From contig CAXHJY010000462.1 of assembly GCA_964016885.1 (NCBI GenBank), positions 164,963-228,962 of the forward strand: a stretch of 64,000 nt of DNA. Direction: 5' to 3'. Origin of the DNA: Eledone cirrhosa (taxonomy: Eukaryota). Positions 57,625 to 64,000 of the stretch are shown here, one piece after another (the stretch's first letter is position 1; each line of letters opens with the position of its first letter). Below the pieces are notes generated by a model that was not told the origin of the DNA, did no database searches, and was given only the letters and a program-made list of their open reading frames with translations. Made by a program: the position numbers and the translations under genes.

Positions 57625-58394
57625 TGTTGACATTATAGTTTGTTGCCTAATCATTTCTATATAACCAACACTCCTTATCTCACAGTTTGGCTATCGTTAC
57701 CGCCAACGTCAACACACAGCCGACAAGACAACTCCCAACTCTACCACCACATAAACCACAAAAACTAACACACCCCTCATCGCAACCACCAATAAAACCA
57801 CCACAGAAACCATTAACAAATCCACCAAAACCTCCGTCACAAAACTCTCCACCAACTATACATACACCAACAACACACCCGTTAGAACCAACCACCTAAA
57901 AAAGAAACAACAAAAAAAAACAATATTAGACCTCCAACAACAACAACAACATCAATGCTAACACCACCATCAAGACCACCAGCGCCACCATCAACATCCC
58001 CCACTAACACCTCTGCCATCAACACCATCAATACCATAAACACCAACAGCACCAATTCGACCAACACAAGCACCACTACAAATCTACCACCAACACCAAC
58101 CGCAACATTAACACTTCCAAAACCAACAACATCAATATCACTACCACCAACATCAACATTACCATCATCACCAACACCAAAACCATCACCACCAACACTA
58201 ACCACACACATACCACCGACATCAACAACGCTAACATCAATACCACCACCACTAACATCACCATTACCATCACAATCACCAACATCATCAACAACAGTAA
58301 CACTACCCAACACCAGTGCTACCATTTTCACTATTTGTCTTTTTGCTATGCAATACATCCGTTGCCCCTGTGTCAAATAAATAAAACAACTATT

Positions 58395-58615
58395 ATTAGC
58401 AGTAATGTACTGGGTAATTGCTGGCCTTGTGCCAACAGTAGAAACAATTATTACTATTTTCAAATCCCACCGAGGTTAGCTTTGCCTTTCATCCTTACAG
58501 GATCGATAAAATAAACTACCAGTCACGCACTGGGGTCAATTTAAACGGTACCCCCTCCGCTTCATATTGCTGGCTTTGTGCCTAAAGTAGAAACAATTAT
58601 TATTATTAATATTAA
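58395..58615 (+). mobile_element. Main-family SINE fragments (tail plus truncated copy)
   Basis: ttcaaatcccaccgaggttagctttgcctttcatcc...gtagaaacaattatt. Confidence 0.75.
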
Positions 58616-58616
58616 T

Positions 58617-58647
<31 letters not shown>

Positions 58648-58944
58648 TCATTCACTCACTGCATGAGCATATTAGGAAATTTGAAAAGGGTATTTGCCCG
58701 CGGAGATCAGTGAGAGAGAAGTGTTGTGGGGTACATATATGTTGCATATTTTGAGCTCCCCTTGAATCTGGAGGTCTGTTTGCCATTATCATGTATATCA
58801 TCTATACTTTTTTTCTCATCCAATTTTTATATAAGACACCCCTACCTCCAGCATATCTTTTTTAACCTGTCTTTGTAATCCTCCCTTCTATATGTGCCCT
58901 TGAGGCAAATAAAATCATTTTATTATTATTATCATCTTTGATGT

Positions 58945-59017
<73 letters not shown>

Positions 59018-59438
59018 ATTCCTCTTGTTGCTGCTGTAATTGTTGTTATCGTCATCGTACGAGTCAAGTGCTGATGTGAATTTACTCGGCAACTTACCCC
59101 TTCACATAAATTGCTGGCGTTCTGCCTAAATTAGAAGCCATTAATGTTGATTAATTGTTATTGATGTTGCTGTTGTTGTCGTTGATATTCATATTAAGGT
59201 AGAGCAGTGACAGAAAGTGGTAGAGCACCGAGTACAACATAGTTTTCTGTATTTATTTAGGTCCAAATAAAAAAGTGAGTTCAAATCAAACAGAGGTCGG
59301 CTTTCCTTTTCCTCTATGTATCTATATACCTGCGTGGATCACATAAAAATTATATGACACCAGTAAATTATATGATACCAGTCATAAATCAACTTCTTTA
59401 GCGTACACATTTGTTGTGGTGTTGAATTTTGAATACAT

Positions 59439-59480
<42 letters not shown>

Positions 59481-60126
59481 GCGCACGCACACACACACAC
59501 ATACACATATATATATTTATAAATATATATAACTCCATTCGATGTTTATATAACTCAACATATGCCCACTCACCCCACACAATCTCCCGCACAATTATTT
59601 TAAAACCTGTACCTCTATCATCCGCCCTCCTTCCCTTGACCCGTGTATGAATGATAACAAATCGATATGGCTTTATTGTTATTTCTTTATTACATCGAAT
59701 TTTTTGCCATATAAATCTATATCCACTCACATCTCCTCTATCCCTTACCCTCTCATCCATACCTATATCTACCTAACCCCTCCTTCACCCCACCATATTA
59801 CATAAATCTACCCATTATCGTTATAACCCCTTCTCTCTCCCACTACCACTCCATCCCCATCTATTCACCATCTCCTCAATACCCACACTCACCCACCTGT
59901 TTGGCTTGGTTTCCTTTTCTATTTCGACATTTTACTTTCATCAAATTCTTGGCCACCTGAGGCCAATAAAATGGAAAAAATCAAATCAACATCACCACCA
60001 TCGTCACCATACACAATATCATCATGACCACCATCATATTTAACATTATCATTATCATCTCCATCGTCAACACCATTATCAGCTACATCTTCGTCACCAC
60101 TTCCACAATCCTCATCATAATTACCG

Positions 60127-60265
60127 ATCCCGCCGAGGTTAGCTTTGCTTTTTACTCATTACGGGGTCGATAAAAAGATACCAGTAACGCACTGGCGTCG
60201 ATTTAACCGATATTCTGCTCTCCCCAAATTGTTGGACTTTTCCCTAAATCAGAAACCATTATTAT
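60127..60265 (+). mobile_element. Truncated main-family SINE
   Basis: atcccgccgaggttagctttgc...ggggtcgataaaa. Confidence 0.7.
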
Positions 60266-60389
60266 CATTATCCTCATCATCATTCTTATCATCATCATCA
60301 ACATCATCATCATCATCGTCCTCGTCATCATCATCCTTATCATCATCATCAACATCATCATCATCGTCGTCCTCATCATCATCATCCTT

Positions 60390-60435
<46 letters not shown>

Positions 60436-61429
60436 CCATACTTATTTATCTTGTTGACTGGCAGAATCGTTAGAGTATCGGAACAAATTTCATGGAATGC
60501 CTTGCTTTATTTATTTACAGCCACTTACGTTCTTGGGGTTTGTGCTGAAATTTCGCCGGGGTCATCATTCATGATTACATACATACTAGGGTGTCAGTGA
60601 GTAAATGCATTAGAAGTATCCTTGTTTATAGCTTGGCTGACTAATTAAAAGCTTTGTTTCTTAATCATTGTTTCGGGTTCAATCCCACAGCGTGATATAT
60701 TCCGTAAGTAACACTTTCCATAACTTTCGGTCGATGAAAGTCTTGTGAGCGAAACTAGTTAAACGAAAACTGCTTGGAAGCAGAGGGCTAGCATCGATTG
60801 TCACTTTTTGTGTCATGACAAATCTCCCTGAGAATTAATTTAAAATACACATAGTTGTGCAATGTTCAGCGACATACACGTTAATCTTACTTGCAAGCTA
60901 TTCCTAGAACAAGAGGAACACTCATCGTTTTAACCGACGGAGGTCCATCCTCGTGTAGCAATTGTTCTAGTACTGGCGTGGATATATAATACATTGACTG
61001 ATACTGGGTATATTCACCTAGTTGTTTTGTTTAATTTGAGGCCTTGTGCAGGATCTGATTGGTTCCTTGATATTTGCCACTGGACCTTACTGGGGCATCC
61101 TTGCAGCAGCGTTCTCACGGCTACTCAATACAAATGCAAAAATGAAAAACGTAAAATGTTTTCTTAAAATGTTGAAAATGGAGGAAAAAGTTATATGAAC
61201 AACTGCCTAATTTTTTATTCTCTTTAACTCAAATGGCGTTACAATAGACAAGGTAAAGGTGTGATTGCCCTATTCTCATGTTTTATCCACACCAAAGTCG
61301 GTCTGTTGAAAGAAAGCCGCATTAAAATATTTATGGACTAAACGCGCCGCGCCATAGTATTTGAGTAACTATTACTACTGCTGCTGTTGCTTTTACTACT
61401 ACTACTACCACTACTACTACTACTACTAG

Positions 61430-61495
<66 letters not shown>

Positions 61496-61626
61496 CAGTG
61501 TTGAAAATGACCACGATGTCCATGACGTTCATGAAAATAGGGTTGACGATGATGGTAATTTTCTTAAGAATATACCCACTGACGCACATATCTATTTCAA
61601 TTCTCCTGTAGTATATGTATATACAT

Positions 61627-61659
<33 letters not shown>

Positions 61660-61744
61660 GGGGGGGGGGGTGCGTGGATTATAATACATCACGTAATTAA
61701 TATTAAACATTTTTTGAAAACATATTAATTTCATGACGAGGTAG

Positions 61745-61872
61745 CATTGAGTTCAAATCCCGTCGAGTTTATTTTTGCCTTTCATCTTTACGGGGTCGAT
61801 AGATAAAGCACCAGTAATGGTCGATTTAATCAATTTTCCCTTGCCTCCAAATTCGCTGACCTTGTGCCTATA
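61745..61872 (+). mobile_element. Truncated main-family SINE
   Basis: gagttcaaatcccgtcgag...gcctttcatc..acggggtcgat. Confidence 0.7.
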
Positions 61873-61938
61873 TTAATATCTATTCATATATATATATGTG
61901 TGTGTGTGTATGTATTTGTGTGTGCCTAAATATTATGT

Positions 61939-62014
<76 letters not shown>

Positions 62015-62809
62015 GGAGAGAGAGAAAGCGAGAAGGGGAGAGAGAGACAAACAGTCAGACAGTCAGACAGTTAGACAGCTTGATCAATAAATTGATACGT
62101 CTATCATCACTCTGTCATAGACCTTACTTAGTTAACTACTGAAAATAGCAGGCAACCCGCTGAAATCACCTCTACCTCATACTTTCCATAAGCCACACAT
62201 TGTTGACACCTCCAGTCTGACCTAATATCGAACCCGTTACACAGTAATATCACCTCTTTACCCGCATCACCTCGACCCACTAAACTACCGTTTTCACAAG
62301 CCAATGACAGAGCCTGCAGATGGTCTACTTGTCTAGCTAGTTGTAGCAAACAAATCTGTCATAAAACGGTATACCTCCATCTGGAGATGAACATTTGATT
62401 AAGTATCCAGATCTGGAACAACTCAATTAAATCACACAAATTGCTGAAAATAACAGCCATATCTCCCTCACATCATACCCTCCCTATTGTAGTCTTAGAG
62501 AAAGGAAATGCTGGTTAATGAGGTGCTGAGCTTTCCTATTATATAAGGAGGGAGAGAAGGAGAAACAGGATTATACACAACTGGAATACCTCTGATCGAG
62601 GAACGTTGACTTGGCTCAAAACAACTACAACAACAATAACTACTACTGTTACTGCTACTTTTACGATGACGGCGATTACTGTGATGACCGTGGTTACGAT
62701 TTGACATGAGCCAGACAAGTAAACCACCAACCTCTACCTACCTGACCTAACATCGTTTTCTTTTAATCTACCAAAACCAATAGCAACACCACACCACAAA
62801 CAAATACAT

Positions 62810-62874
<65 letters not shown>

Positions 62875-62951
62875 TATGTATGTATCTATATGTATATATA
62901 TTTATATATATTTATCTGGTTATTTTATTTTTTCCATTTTTCTTACTCATT

Positions 62952-63012
<61 letters not shown>

Positions 63013-63226
63013 TTTATTTGTTTGTGGTGTGGTGTTGCTATTGGTTTTGGTAGATTAAAAGAAAACATATATATATAAATATATATATGTATATACATAT
63101 ATATATACATATATATATGTATATTTGTATATACATATATATATGGTTTTGGTAGATTAAAAGAAAACATATATATATAAATATATATTATAAATATATA
63201 TATGTATATACATATATATAAATATA

Positions 63227-63518
<292 letters not shown>

Positions 63519-63543
63519 GTGTATATATATATATATATGTATA

Positions 63544-63602
<59 letters not shown>

Positions 63603-63743
63603 CATAAGCAGAAACAATCAAATTGATTCCAAACCTATATAAGACTATCCATGGACCAAACAATTCAGGTGTCAAAACATATAATCGCGACCTGATCTAC
63701 TAGACTCATGCCACATAATACATAACCCCCTGCCAAGCATATC

Positions 63744-63950
<207 letters not shown>

Positions 63951-64000
63951 AACCCTCACTCCCACTTACAAGTACAAGCTACCAACAAGTTACCTATTTT

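Overview
Eukaryotic, AT-rich, microsatellite-saturated DNA that is intergenic or intronic. The tRNA-derived SINE family and the repeat landscape strongly suggest an octopod cephalopod, but this is inference. I found no supportable host protein-coding gene; nearly all ORFs in the track are translations of (TA)n, (CA)n, (GA)n and trinucleotide repeats. Recognisable content is transposon debris: L1/Tx1-like, R4/Dong-like, CRE-like and RTE-like non-LTR retroelements, several Penelope-like (PLE) RT and GIY-YIG remnants, Helitron pieces and many SINEs. The main unexplained structure is a set of at least six unrelated short non-coding repeat families, most adjoining (TA)n tracts. They carry intact or degenerate type I hammerhead ribozyme (HHR) motifs, usually with a palindromic stem III. 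The clearest case (28483-30280) is a young head-to-tail array of about 468-bp units with one HHR per unit, fused to one inverted, circularly permuted monomer. This is the architecture of a non-LTR retrozyme or non-autonomous Penelope derivative, predicted to yield about 466-470-nt self-cleaved and possibly circular RNAs. A second family (27118-27750, 38690-39604) has a canonical HHR whose helices covary between copies. The window also contains many fold-back inverted duplications centred on or abutting (TA)n. All alignments and folds were done by eye, so coordinates are approximate to a few bases.
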